Source: Terrimicrobiaceae bacterium
Lineage (GTDB): Bacteria; Verrucomicrobiota; Verrucomicrobiia; Chthoniobacterales; Terrimicrobiaceae
Assembly: GCA_041752695.1 (NCBI GenBank)
Contig: JBGSVZ010000005.1
Location: forward strand, 1-64,000
Length of the DNA: 64,000 nucleotides
Direction: 5' to 3'
Shown here: piece by piece, positions 49,022-58,449 of the stretch
Layout of the letters: every line of letters starts with the position of its first letter
How positions within the stretch are numbered: position 1 is the stretch's first letter
Made by a program: the position numbers and the translations under genes
The notes under the pieces: generated by a model
Told to the model about the DNA's origin: nothing
Seen by the model: the letters and a program-made list of their open reading frames with translations, nothing else
The model's database searches: none

Positions 49022-50358
49022 AACCTAACTGGCCCATGGCGGACGTTTGGCGGAACTGGCTGCTGTCGGGTGGGGGTTCTTTGCTGGTGGTGGCTTCCGG
49101 TTGGGCGCAGGCGGCCGGGGAACCGGAAGTTTCTGTCGAGGAAGTGGAGGTGAGGAAGCCAACCATCCAGGTCATCGAATCCTCCAACTACGACGCGGAT
49201 TTCTCTCCGGGTGAGTCGACCACAAACACTCCGGCGGAGTTGGACGAGATCTACGCGCCGAACGAGGGGTATTTGGATTCCTTCGGAGCAAATCGTCCCC
49301 TCGACCTGTTGAAGATGCCGCTGGATTCCCTCTATGAAAAGACGGGCCTCCGGATCGGGGTGGCTAATACCATGCTTTTTATGCAGCCAATGGGGGGCCA
49401 GAGTTCCCGCTACGGAGCGGCAGGGGATCTGGATCTGATGTCCTCCTGGACGCTGATCGGACGGGGAACTCAGGACACGGGGCGGTTTGTTTTCACGGGG
49501 GAGTATCGGTATCAGGTTGGCAGCCAGCCCCCCTCCCGGATTGGCGGGCAGATGGGGACGTTGGTGGCACCGACCGGAACCTTTAATGATCGGGGTTGGG
49601 TGATTCGCGACGCCTATTGGGTGCAACGACTTTTCGAGGCCAGGGTGCGGATTATCATTGGTCGCGCGGATCCGTCGGACTACGTCGGCTCCCATTGGTT
49701 GCAGAATGTGAACAATTCGTTTGTGAATCGGAATTTTTCCGCGAACGCTTCCATTCCCTTCCCCGGCCACGGTCCGATGCTTGGCATTTCGATACGACCT
49801 ACCGATCAGTTTTATCTCACGGCCGGAGCGGCGAACGCCTACAGCACGACCATCCGGAACGAAGTGGATTCGCTTTTTGAAGAGTGGGACATTTTTAGCT
49901 TCGGGGAAATTGGCTATACGCCGACCTTCCAGGGATTGGGGGCCGGACGATATGCCTTCGGACTTTGGAACATGGACGCCCGGGGCAAGGATAATTTGCC
50001 GGCGGACTACGGGTTCACCTTCATCGCGGACCAGAACCTCACGGAGAACCTCCAGGTTTTTGCCCGCTATTCCTATTCCGACGGAACTCTGACAAATATC
50101 CGGCATAATGGTCAGATTGGCTTCGGGCTGGGCGGACTGCTCGGGCGGAAAGATGATTTGACCGGTGCAGCGTTTTCCTTGGCGGTCCCCCGGAGCGAAT
50201 TGACCCGCAATGAAGCGGTGCTGGAGGTCTTTCACCGCTTCCAGGTGACGCAAAATACTCAACTCTCGGTGGGTTTGCAGATGATCGCGAATCCTGGCAA
50301 CGCGCCTGACAATGAAACGGCGGGAGCCTTTTATGCCAGGCTGCGGACTTCGTTCTAA
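49018..50358 (+). CDS. OprB-like (carbohydrate-selective) porin
   Basis: ATGA overlap with the RND stop; signal peptide, amphipathic beta strands, E.FHRFQV...GLQ..P, C-terminal F. Confidence 0.75.
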   Translation: MKPNWPMADVWRNWLLSGGGSLLVVASGWAQAAGEPEVSVEEVEVRKPTIQVIESSNYDADFSPGESTTNTPAELDEIYAPNEGYLDSFGANRPLDLLKMPLDSLYEKTGLRIGVANTMLFMQPMGGQSSRYGAAGDLDLMSSWTLIGRGTQDTGRFVFTGEYRYQVGSQPPSRIGGQMGTLVAPTGTFNDRGWVIRDAYWVQRLFEARVRIIIGRADPSDYVGSHWLQNVNNSFVNRNFSANASIPFPGHGPMLGISIRPTDQFYLTAGAANAYSTTIRNEVDSLFEEWDIFSFGEIGYTPTFQGLGAGRYAFGLWNMDARGKDNLPADYGFTFIADQNLTENLQVFARYSYSDGTLTNIRHNGQIGFGLGGLLGRKDDLTGAAFSLAVPRSELTRNEAVLEVFHRFQVTQNTQLSVGLQMIANPGNAPDNETAGAFYARLRTSF

Positions 50359-50413
50359 GATGCCGTGAAAAAAGGAGTGCCGCATCCCGGCGGACCCGAT
50401 ATATCCCTTTTCC

Positions 50414-50974
50414 ATGAGCGAAAATTCTCCCGCAGCTGCCGTTAATGCCCTCTCGCAAAGCCGTGGCTGGTTGATCTTCGGAGGGTTGCTTTCGATCTTC
50501 GTGGGTTTCATGGCGATGAGTTCGCCGGTGTTTTTCTCCGCGTTTATCGTGCAGTTTCTGGGGGCTTTTGCGCTGATCAGCGGCTGTATTTCCCTGGCGC
50601 TCGCGATCTTTAGCAAACATGTCGCCCATCGTGTCCTCGATGCGCTTCTGGCACTCATTCGCATCGCCGCCGGCATCGTCCTGCTGCGCTGCGTTGCCTC
50701 CAGCATCGCCGTGATCACGCTGATCCTCGCCGTTTTTCTCATCATCGAAGGCATTTCCTTCATCATCGGTTCCTTCAAACTCCGCGCGCACAGCGGATGG
50801 GTCTGGACCCTGATCAATGGCATTGCCGCTCTTGTCCTCGGGGTGATGGTTTATTCCCGCTGGCCCTCGGACTCCTGGTGGGTTCTGGGTCTTTTCTACG
50901 GGATCAACTCGATCTTCTGGGGAGTTTCGCTCCTGGCCCTCGGTTTCGGTGCGCCGAAGCAAGCGGCAGCGTAG
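50414..50974 (+). CDS. HdeD/DUF308 family membrane protein
   Basis: Six-TM repeat; GWVWTLINGI...G......WP.DS.WVLG..YGI. Confidence 0.85.
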   Translation: MSENSPAAAVNALSQSRGWLIFGGLLSIFVGFMAMSSPVFFSAFIVQFLGAFALISGCISLALAIFSKHVAHRVLDALLALIRIAAGIVLLRCVASSIAVITLILAVFLIIEGISFIIGSFKLRAHSGWVWTLINGIAALVLGVMVYSRWPSDSWWVLGLFYGINSIFWGVSLLALGFGAPKQAAA

Positions 50975-51078
50975 CGACGGTATTCTGGGCAGGGTTGGCC
51001 CCGACCACTTTTGAGCGGCGTGGTGTTGCCGCAAGCGTCGGGTGACGGTCAGGCCGTTCTGGAACACGCATCCTGGGA

Positions 51079-51166
51079 TACAAGCGGTTGCCTTCCCGAG
51101 GTCATTCCTTTGAAAAAAGACTTCTTGAATGTAAACCTCGTTTTCTGAAGGATGCAACCGCTTGCA
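51079..51166. promoter_or_regulatory. Two LacI-type operator-like palindromes
   Basis: TGCAACCGCTTGCA (51153-51166) and inverted near-copy TACAAGCGGTTGCC (51079-51092). Confidence 0.55.
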
Positions 51167-51203
51167 CGAGCAGGTATTTTTTGAGGATTAAAAAATTACG
51201 GCC

Positions 51204-52265
51204 ATGAATCGTCTAAACAAAATCTTTCCATCCATCTTTGTGCGTTCCCTGTTGGTAGGGGCGTGTGTTGTGGTGGGAGGCGTCGCCAACTCTTGGGCGG
51301 TTTTGCCTTTCGTCGTTTCAAACACGACGACGGGAGTACTCGACCCAGTTCATGCGACGTGGACCGGCAATGGAACCGTGCAAAACAATTTGTTTCCTGG
51401 AAACTGGACCAGCACGGCCTCCACAAACAAGGACGTTTTGGCCAATAATTTCTCAACCGGCACGCTGTCGATCAAGCCCGGTTCACTTTATCCCAATCCG
51501 AGGATTTCCACCAACCAGGGAGTGAGTGTTTCTACCTCCCTGACCGGCGGAACGGGAGATCTGGTGATGGTAAATTCGACGAATTTCGATGATAGTGCGA
51601 CGAAGTATAACAGTATCGCGTTGACGGACCTTCAAGGGGTGACATCCATCTCGTTGACGATCAGCTTTGTGCAACCGATTGCCGCGCGTTCCGATTTTAC
51701 GACCCTCAATCTTGATTCCTTCCCCGTAGGAGCCGCTCTGGGTTTGGTGAGCACAGGCTCCGGACTTGCTCTCACCGATTTTAACGTTGCGATGTCTTAC
51801 GGGCAGGTTTATTCGGACGCGAACGACGATGGTGTGTTCATCGGCGGTGTTCCCAGCACCGCGCGTCCGTTAATTTCGGGAGGCTGGGTGGGAACTTCAA
51901 CGACTCCGGTTTACGGCACCCCGGGGGCGACAAGCTTCAATTCGAGCGGATTTACCGGGTTGATTAACGTGCTTGGTGCAGGAGATACGGATTTTCTAAT
52001 GGTCCGCGGATGGGATACGAGCAATAACGGCACCTTTAGTCCTGCAACGGAGGCGGACTTGGTTTACGTTTCGTCGCTCACATGGACGATCACGCCCGAT
52101 GCGGGAAAAACTTTTGCGGCGGGAACAGAATTCACGATTTCCATGGATGGTCAGCAGCATGCCAATCTCAATGCGGTTCCCGAGCCCTCCGCATGGATTC
52201 TCATGGGGGCAACCGGTGTGACCTGCTTGATTCTGCGGCGTCGCGGGGCGCGGCGGGCGGCTTAA
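51204..52265 (+). CDS. PEP-CTERM protein, Ser/Thr/Gly-rich
   Basis: Signal peptide; VPEPSAWILMGATGVTCLILRRR. Confidence 0.9.
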   Translation: MNRLNKIFPSIFVRSLLVGACVVVGGVANSWAVLPFVVSNTTTGVLDPVHATWTGNGTVQNNLFPGNWTSTASTNKDVLANNFSTGTLSIKPGSLYPNPRISTNQGVSVSTSLTGGTGDLVMVNSTNFDDSATKYNSIALTDLQGVTSISLTISFVQPIAARSDFTTLNLDSFPVGAALGLVSTGSGLALTDFNVAMSYGQVYSDANDDGVFIGGVPSTARPLISGGWVGTSTTPVYGTPGATSFNSSGFTGLINVLGAGDTDFLMVRGWDTSNNGTFSPATEADLVYVSSLTWTITPDAGKTFAAGTEFTISMDGQQHANLNAVPEPSAWILMGATGVTCLILRRRGARRAA

Positions 52266-52331
52266 TTCGCTGAACGCGGATTCGTTTCTCGTGATGTTTC
52301 CTGGGAACGACCTTGGTCGAAAGCTCCCTTG

Positions 52332-52862
52332 CTAGTTTTCCGTTAATTTAACGCTCGCCGCGGCAAGCGCGTTCGCCAGGTCCCGCTGGCGCAGGACGGG
52401 GAATCGCGCGAAGAGGAGGGTTTCAGTCGGCCCCCACAGACTCACCCAGGCGACGATGATCAGGCTCTCGCTCAGAATGGTGAAAAGACGACCGTCCCCC
52501 AAAAGCAGCACCGCCTCGCTGATGGCAATTAAGAGGGCCACCGCCAGGAGGGCGAGAACGAACGTCCAGCGGCCTTTGTAGGCGATCGTGCGCAGGTCTT
52601 CGCGGCATTCCGCCAGCTCGCTGCGAAAGTGGGCTTGAATGGCCGTTTCGACCTCCGCCTGCCGTCCCCGGTCGGCGGCAGGGACGGTGATTTCGATTCG
52701 AAAAGCTGAGCGCCGCGGATGCTCGGCGGCCTCCGCCCGGATGGCTCTGGCGACTTCGGGGTGGATACCAGGCCCGGCCATCGGCGAATGACCGAGATCG
52801 AGCAAACGATCAACCGAATGGACGGCAAGGTGAAGGGTGATTTCGGACGCGGGAGCGCTCAA
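52332..52862 (-). CDS. Hypothetical 2-TM membrane protein
   Basis: Coupled to the upstream permease; SESLIIVAWVSLWGP.E. Confidence 0.7.
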   Translation of the reverse strand: MSAPASEITLHLAVHSVDRLLDLGHSPMAGPGIHPEVARAIRAEAAEHPRRSAFRIEITVPAADRGRQAEVETAIQAHFRSELAECREDLRTIAYKGRWTFVLALLAVALLIAISEAVLLLGDGRLFTILSESLIIVAWVSLWGPTETLLFARFPVLRQRDLANALAAASVKLTEN

Positions 52863-54700
52863 GGATAGAGGGGAAAAAGAATCGGCACGAGCAGGATACA
52901 GATGAGCAGAACAACGATGGTAAAGGGCACGCCCATTTTCACAAAGTCGCCGAAGGAATAGCGGCCCGGCGCCAGCACCAGCGTGTTCACGGGTGACGAG
53001 ATCGGCGTCATGAAAGCCGCCGAGGCGGCGATTGCAACGGTCATCGCAAAAGGATAGGGCGATGCACCGAGATGGTAGGCGGTGCTCAACGCAATCGGTG
53101 CCATGAGGATGGCGGTGGCAGTGTTGGAAATGAACATGCCGATGAGAGCGGTGAGGATGAAAAGACTGCCCAGCACGACGCGCGGGCCCGCCCCGCCGAC
53201 CACGCTCAGGAGCCCGTCTACCGCAAGGTCGATACCACCCGTGCGATCCAAGGCGGTTGCAAAGGGCATCACGCCGACAATGAGAAGGAGGATTGGCCAG
53301 TGGATCGATTTGTAGGCGTTATCCATGTCGATGCATTTGAAAACCCCCATAAGCAGGCAACCGATGATGGCGGCAATCACGTTGGGGACGATGCCGGTGA
53401 CCATCAGAACGATCATGACGCCCAGGCTGAACAGCGCATAGGGAGCCTGACTCTGGGCCGGGGCGACCTTGTCGATTTCGGCCGGAAGACCGAGCACCAA
53501 AAAATCCTGCGGCTGGGATTGGAGTTGGCGCACTGCGTTCCAGGTGCCAATGACGAGGAGCGTATCGCCGGCTTTGAGCTTTTCTTCGAGGATGGCTCCC
53601 GACTGCGCGACGTTTGCGCGACGCAGCCCGATGACACTCAGGCGGTGAACGCGGCGAAAGCCCACCTGAATAATGGTTTTCCCGATCAAGCTGGAGTCTG
53701 GCGGAATTAGGATTTCCGCCATGCCGACGTCGCGCGATTGATCGGTAAAATATTGTCCACGCAGCGGAAGGGGCTCGAGGCCGAACTCGCGCAAACTGGC
53801 GGCCGGATCATGGTCGGGATTCGCGGGGACATCGACCAGCAGGACGTCGCCGACTTGCAGCACCGTTTCTGCGGACGGCTGGAGAACCTCGGTGCGAAAT
53901 TTTCCCCGGCGTTCGATGCCGACTACGCTGGCCTTGCTCGGTCGCCGGGCCTTTACATCGCGCAAAGTCAGACCGATGAGCGAGGAATCGGGCTGAATGC
54001 GAAGGCGGTGTTCGCGGCCGGCCAGACTGTAGTCCTTGATGAAGTCGAGGAGATTCCGACGGGTGGAATTCGCGGTCTCGGCCCCTTCGTTCGAGGAACG
54101 CAGCCAGCGCCTGGCGAAAAGCATGTAGAGGATACCGCTGATGACAATCACGAGCCCGATCGGAGTGAAGCTGAAAAAGCTGAATCCCCCGAAACCGTCG
54201 TTGGTCAGGGCACTGTCCACCACCATGTTGGGCGCCGTGGCGACCAATGTGAGCATGCCGCTCATCAGTCCGGCAAAACTCAGCGGCATCATCAGACGGC
54301 CTGGCGAGATCCGCAGGCGCTCGGCCAGGCTGAGCGCCACCGGAATAAAGATGGCGACTACTCCCGTGGAACTCATCACCGAGCCAAGACCGGCCACCGC
54401 GGCCATGAGCAGGGCGATGAGTTTTGCCTCACTGTCGCCAGCTTTTTTGATGAGCAAGTCGCTGAGTTGGTAAGCAATTCCGGTGCGCGCCAGACCTGCG
54501 CCAATGACGAACAACGCCGCAATGAGCAGGATGTTCGCGTCGCTGAAACCTGCCAGGGCTTCGGGCACGGTGACAATGCCGCAGAGGGGCAGGATGACAA
54601 TGACCAGCAGAGCAACGACATCCATGCGGGGCTTGTTGATGACAAACATGCCGATGCAGGCGGCCAGGAGGCCAAGGACGAGAAGGAGTTCAGCGTTCAT
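52859..54700 (-). CDS. SLC13/CitMHS-type permease with two TrkA-C domains (YfbS-like)
   Basis: MSSTG, LVATAPN, ISNTAT, FMTPISSPVN; two RCK-C repeats. Confidence 0.92.
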   Translation of the reverse strand: MNAELLLVLGLLAACIGMFVINKPRMDVVALLVIVILPLCGIVTVPEALAGFSDANILLIAALFVIGAGLARTGIAYQLSDLLIKKAGDSEAKLIALLMAAVAGLGSVMSSTGVVAIFIPVALSLAERLRISPGRLMMPLSFAGLMSGMLTLVATAPNMVVDSALTNDGFGGFSFFSFTPIGLVIVISGILYMLFARRWLRSSNEGAETANSTRRNLLDFIKDYSLAGREHRLRIQPDSSLIGLTLRDVKARRPSKASVVGIERRGKFRTEVLQPSAETVLQVGDVLLVDVPANPDHDPAASLREFGLEPLPLRGQYFTDQSRDVGMAEILIPPDSSLIGKTIIQVGFRRVHRLSVIGLRRANVAQSGAILEEKLKAGDTLLVIGTWNAVRQLQSQPQDFLVLGLPAEIDKVAPAQSQAPYALFSLGVMIVLMVTGIVPNVIAAIIGCLLMGVFKCIDMDNAYKSIHWPILLLIVGVMPFATALDRTGGIDLAVDGLLSVVGGAGPRVVLGSLFILTALIGMFISNTATAILMAPIALSTAYHLGASPYPFAMTVAIAASAAFMTPISSPVNTLVLAPGRYSFGDFVKMGVPFTIVVLLICILLVPILFPLYP

Positions 54701-55050
54701 GAGAAAAGTGGACGGTTTTCGGCCGGAAAATGCGGGGGAAAAGCGGATGGGTCGAAAATCACCCGCGCATGGTCGCGATCATCCCGAGATCAGCAAGCCG
54801 ATTTTTTTCTATCCCCAAACATGATCACAAAAATTCCGCGATCTTGTGAGAGTGAGTCGGCTTTCGCGTTATAATGTGCTCGGGGTCAGTGGGTTATGAG
54901 GAAAAGTTGGCGCCGAAAAAAATGCGACAAATTTTTGAACAGCCGGGGGGGAGGTCTGTCTAATTAATTAACTGCATTAAATACCTTTCACTTTTTTAGA
55001 ACCCAACCCCCTTTCCCATCCGTTTCATAAATAGGAGAACATATAATATC

Positions 55051-55896
55051 ATGGCCTTGGAAGACAACGAAACTGGTTTTCAGCTTTACCTGAGGGAGAT
55101 CGCAAAATTCCCCCTTTTGACCCCTGCACAGGAGGTGAAGCTGGCGCGTAAAATTAAAAAGGGCGATCAGGCGGCTCGTTCCGAAATGGTTCGTTCGAAC
55201 CTGCGGCTCGTGGTGAAAATCGCGAGGGATTACGCCAATCTCGGGCTGCCTTTGCTCGACCTGATTTCCGAGGGGAACATCGGCCTGATGAAGGCGGTGG
55301 AGCGTTTTGATCCGAAAAAAGGCGGCAAGTTGAGCACTTACGCCGCGTGGTGGATCAAGCAGTCGATCAAGCGCGCTCTGGCCAACCAGAGCAAGACGAT
55401 CCGCTTGCCCGTTCATCTCGTGGACAAGATCGCCAAGATGCGCCGGGTTTCGATGCAGATGACCGAGGAACTGGGCCGCGAACCCACCGATGATGAGTTG
55501 GCGGAGGAGATCGGCCTTGTGCCCTCCAAGGTCACCCAGCTGAAGAGCGCGGCGATCCGCCCGGCTTCGCTGGACCAACCCATCGGTGACGACGACTCCA
55601 CGGAGTTCGGAGAAATCGTGGGCGACGAAGAAGCGGACGATCCGTTTGAAACCCTCCGCGACAAGGACATGCGTGAGGAAGTGGGCGAATTGCTCGATAT
55701 TTTGGACGATCGCGAACGCCGCATCATCAATTCCCGCTTTGGTCTGGATGGGCAGAAGCCGAAGACCCTGGAGGAAGTGGGTGAAAAGTTTGGAGTGACC
55801 CGCGAGCGCATCCGCCAGTTGCAAAACATTGCGCTGCACAAGCTGCGCAAGGCGCTGAGCAAGAAGGAGCGTCCGCGAGTCGAAGCTTTGGTATAG
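55051..55896 (+). CDS. Sigma-70 factor, RpoD/RpoS-like, lacking region 1.1
   Basis: YLREI, NLRLVV.IA, DLISEGNIGL.KAVERFDP, TLEEVG..FGVTRERIRQ. Confidence 0.95.
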   Translation: MALEDNETGFQLYLREIAKFPLLTPAQEVKLARKIKKGDQAARSEMVRSNLRLVVKIARDYANLGLPLLDLISEGNIGLMKAVERFDPKKGGKLSTYAAWWIKQSIKRALANQSKTIRLPVHLVDKIAKMRRVSMQMTEELGREPTDDELAEEIGLVPSKVTQLKSAAIRPASLDQPIGDDDSTEFGEIVGDEEADDPFETLRDKDMREEVGELLDILDDRERRIINSRFGLDGQKPKTLEEVGEKFGVTRERIRQLQNIALHKLRKALSKKERPRVEALV

Positions 55897-55918
55897 GTAG
55901 GTTAGGTTGAATGGAGGT

Positions 55919-55952
55919 GAAGGGGTCGCGCAGGCGACCCCTTCCTCTTTTT
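55919..55952 (+). terminator. Rho-independent terminator
   Basis: GAAGGGGTCGC-GCAG-GCGACCCCTTC followed by CTCTTTTT. Confidence 0.8.
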
Positions 55953-56003
55953 CCAGGGTGGTGAATTTTGCGCCCCGCGTAGACTTCCCCCCGTATCCCT
56001 CCC

Positions 56004-57407
56004 GTGAAGACTGCCATCCATTGGTTCCGGCGCGATCTGCGCATCACCGATAATACCGCGCTGGGCCAGTGCGCTTCCCGTGCCGCCGAAGTGGTGCCGG
56101 TTTACATCCTGAGCGAGTGGACAATCGCCCACCGATGGACGGGATCGCACCGCCAGGAATTTCTTTGCGGCAGTCTTGAGGCGTTAGCCAAAAATCTCTC
56201 GGCGATCGGAGGCCGTCTTTTGATTCGCCAAGGCAATCCGATTGAGGAATTGGTGGCGCTCGCCCGCGAGACGGGTGCTGGAGCGATCTATTTTAACCGG
56301 GACCCCGACCCGTTCGGTCGCGCGGTGGAGGAGAAACTTCTCCAGGCCGGACAAGAGCTGGGCCTGGAGGTCGTCGCTTGCAAAGACATCTGCATCCACG
56401 AGCGGGTGGAGGTACTGACGGGATCCGGCGATCCTTTTCGCGTTTTCACCCCCTACGCCAAAGCTTGGGCTAAACTCCCGAAGATCGATCCCGTCGGGCG
56501 GCCGCGGAAACTGGTGACTCCCGGCCACGTCAAATCCCTCGAACTTCCCTCCCTCGCCACATGGGGCTTGAGGGCTGAGGGCCGGATTGTGGCGCCGGGA
56601 GAAAAGGCGGCGAGAGAGCGGCTGGGGAACTTTCTGGGAAATGCCCTGGCTTCCTACGGGGCTAAGCGGGACTTTCCCGCGGCGGACTCGACGTCCCGTC
56701 TTTCTCAGGACCTGCGTTGGGGATTGCTTTCCACTCGCGAGGTTTTTACCCGCAGCGAAAAGCGGGTGGGGGAACTCCCCGCGGCTGATCGGTCGAATGC
56801 CATGAAGTTTATCTCCGAGCTGATCTGGCGAGAGTTTTATCTCAACATCCTCTGGCATTTTCCCCAGGTGCTGGACACGGAGTTTAATCCCAAATTTCGC
56901 GGCATGGTGTGGCCGGGGAGTCAGGAAAATTTTCATCGTTGGGAAGCGGGGGAAACAGGCTTTCCCATCGTGGACGCCGCCATGCGCGAGTTAAACGAGA
57001 CGGGTTTTATGCATAACCGCGCGCGGATGATCACGGCGATGTTTTTGACGAAAGACCTCCACCTCGACTGGCGCCTCGGGGAACGTTATTTCCTGCAGAA
57101 ACTCACCGACGGAGACATCGCCAGCAACAATGGCGGCTGGCAATGGAGCGCGGGGACAGGAGCGGATGCGGCTCCCTACTTTCGGATTCAAAATCCCTGG
57201 ACGCAGACCCGGCGGTACGACCCTGAGGGAACCTACATCCGTCGATGGTTGCCGGAACTACGGGATGTGCCGACGGAACGCTTCTTTGAGCCACCGGCGG
57301 TGGGTCGGCTGGTGGCCCAATATCCGCCGCCCGTCGTCGATCACGCTCTCGCGCGGGAGAAGACGCTCGAGCTTTTCGCCGTGCAGAAGGAGATGGTGGG
57401 GAGTTAG
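56004..57407 (+). CDS. phrB: Deoxyribodipyrimidine photolyase (class I CPD)
   Basis: WFRRDLRITDN, ELIWREF, GFPIVDA.MREL, MHNRARM, NNGGWQW. Confidence 0.93.
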   Translation: MKTAIHWFRRDLRITDNTALGQCASRAAEVVPVYILSEWTIAHRWTGSHRQEFLCGSLEALAKNLSAIGGRLLIRQGNPIEELVALARETGAGAIYFNRDPDPFGRAVEEKLLQAGQELGLEVVACKDICIHERVEVLTGSGDPFRVFTPYAKAWAKLPKIDPVGRPRKLVTPGHVKSLELPSLATWGLRAEGRIVAPGEKAARERLGNFLGNALASYGAKRDFPAADSTSRLSQDLRWGLLSTREVFTRSEKRVGELPAADRSNAMKFISELIWREFYLNILWHFPQVLDTEFNPKFRGMVWPGSQENFHRWEAGETGFPIVDAAMRELNETGFMHNRARMITAMFLTKDLHLDWRLGERYFLQKLTDGDIASNNGGWQWSAGTGADAAPYFRIQNPWTQTRRYDPEGTYIRRWLPELRDVPTERFFEPPAVGRLVAQYPPPVVDHALAREKTLELFAVQKEMVGS

Positions 57408-57441
57408 GGCGGCTTCGATGGCGCGATAGACGCGGTTTAAT

Positions 57442-58440
57442 TCAGGGAAGCCGGACCTCCAGGAGCACGGTGTGACTGACGCGCCCGCCAGGCCACCACG
57501 GAACGAGCCGCGGCGACAGATGTTCAAATTCCAAGAGCGGGAAAGCATCCGCACCCAGGTAAATTTGCGAGTCGTAGGGTCCGTCGGGACGGTTCCTGGC
57601 TTTCCCCTGAATTCGCCCGGGATGTAGTCGCAATTCCCCGTCGGGCCACCGGGCGGAAAGTGTCTGGGTGGGAAATCCCAGCTTTTCCTCTTCGGGCATT
57701 CTGCGCAGCAAAAGGGTTTTGCCGGTGGAAGTCGCGTGCGGTGGCAGGGCAAAGTCCGTTTCGGTCGTGGGACGTGGTCCGATGGGCAGACGGACAAATC
57801 CGCGCGGCGCCGATTTTGCGGGTTTGGGGGAGGCTTCGAAGACTGCTCCCTTGGCGAGCTGAAAGATTTGCATGGACTGATGTCCCCTCGGGCTGCGTTC
57901 CTGCCAGGAGACTTTGCATTCCAGTAACCCCTCTTTCTGCCAGCGATACGAACGTCGGATGGCGATTTCTTTGCCCGATTTTGCGGAAGTTTCGAGTTCC
58001 AAAATGCCCCCGCGATTTGGTTTCACCCACTGCGCGGCTGTCATTTCCCAATTCGCGGGCGGGGGCCAGAAGGGATGCCATTCTGTTTGCGGACCGAGCC
58101 AGACCCTATGGCCCCCGAGTTGCAGGGGGTCCGCCGGGTCTGACGGACTGTTGAGAAAGTTAGGTCCCTCTCGGGGGCCCAGAAACGAAAGTCGCCCCCG
58201 GGCAGGATCCACCTCCGCCCTGAGATTGCCGGAGTCCGCACGCCAGACGATCCGGCCCTGAGCGAGGGTGGAGTACCATTTCCCAGGAGTGGCACATCCA
58301 ACCAGACAGAACGCCAAGATGAGGAACGAGGCGAATCGCGTCGCAGGGATGTTCCCGGGAGTCGATCCGGAGCCAAGTCTCCCGAGTCGCATCCGACGAA
58401 TCAAGGGATTGGATGATTTTCCTGTCGGAGGGAAAATCAT
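57442..58440 (-). CDS. DUF4380-like lipoprotein; start uncertain (58440 or 58392)
   Basis: Lipobox LVGC; GGHRVWLGPQ; LEFEHLSP. Confidence 0.6.
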   Translation of the reverse strand: MIFPPTGKSSNPLIRRMRLGRLGSGSTPGNIPATRFASFLILAFCLVGCATPGKWYSTLAQGRIVWRADSGNLRAEVDPARGRLSFLGPREGPNFLNSPSDPADPLQLGGHRVWLGPQTEWHPFWPPPANWEMTAAQWVKPNRGGILELETSAKSGKEIAIRRSYRWQKEGLLECKVSWQERSPRGHQSMQIFQLAKGAVFEASPKPAKSAPRGFVRLPIGPRPTTETDFALPPHATSTGKTLLLRRMPEEEKLGFPTQTLSARWPDGELRLHPGRIQGKARNRPDGPYDSQIYLGADAFPLLEFEHLSPRLVPWWPGGRVSHTVLLEVRLP

Positions 58441-58449
58441 GATCGTGAA

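Noticed and set aside
48982..50823. 613-aa minus-strand ORF
   Set aside because: Antisense to the porin and HdeD genes; no recognisable domain
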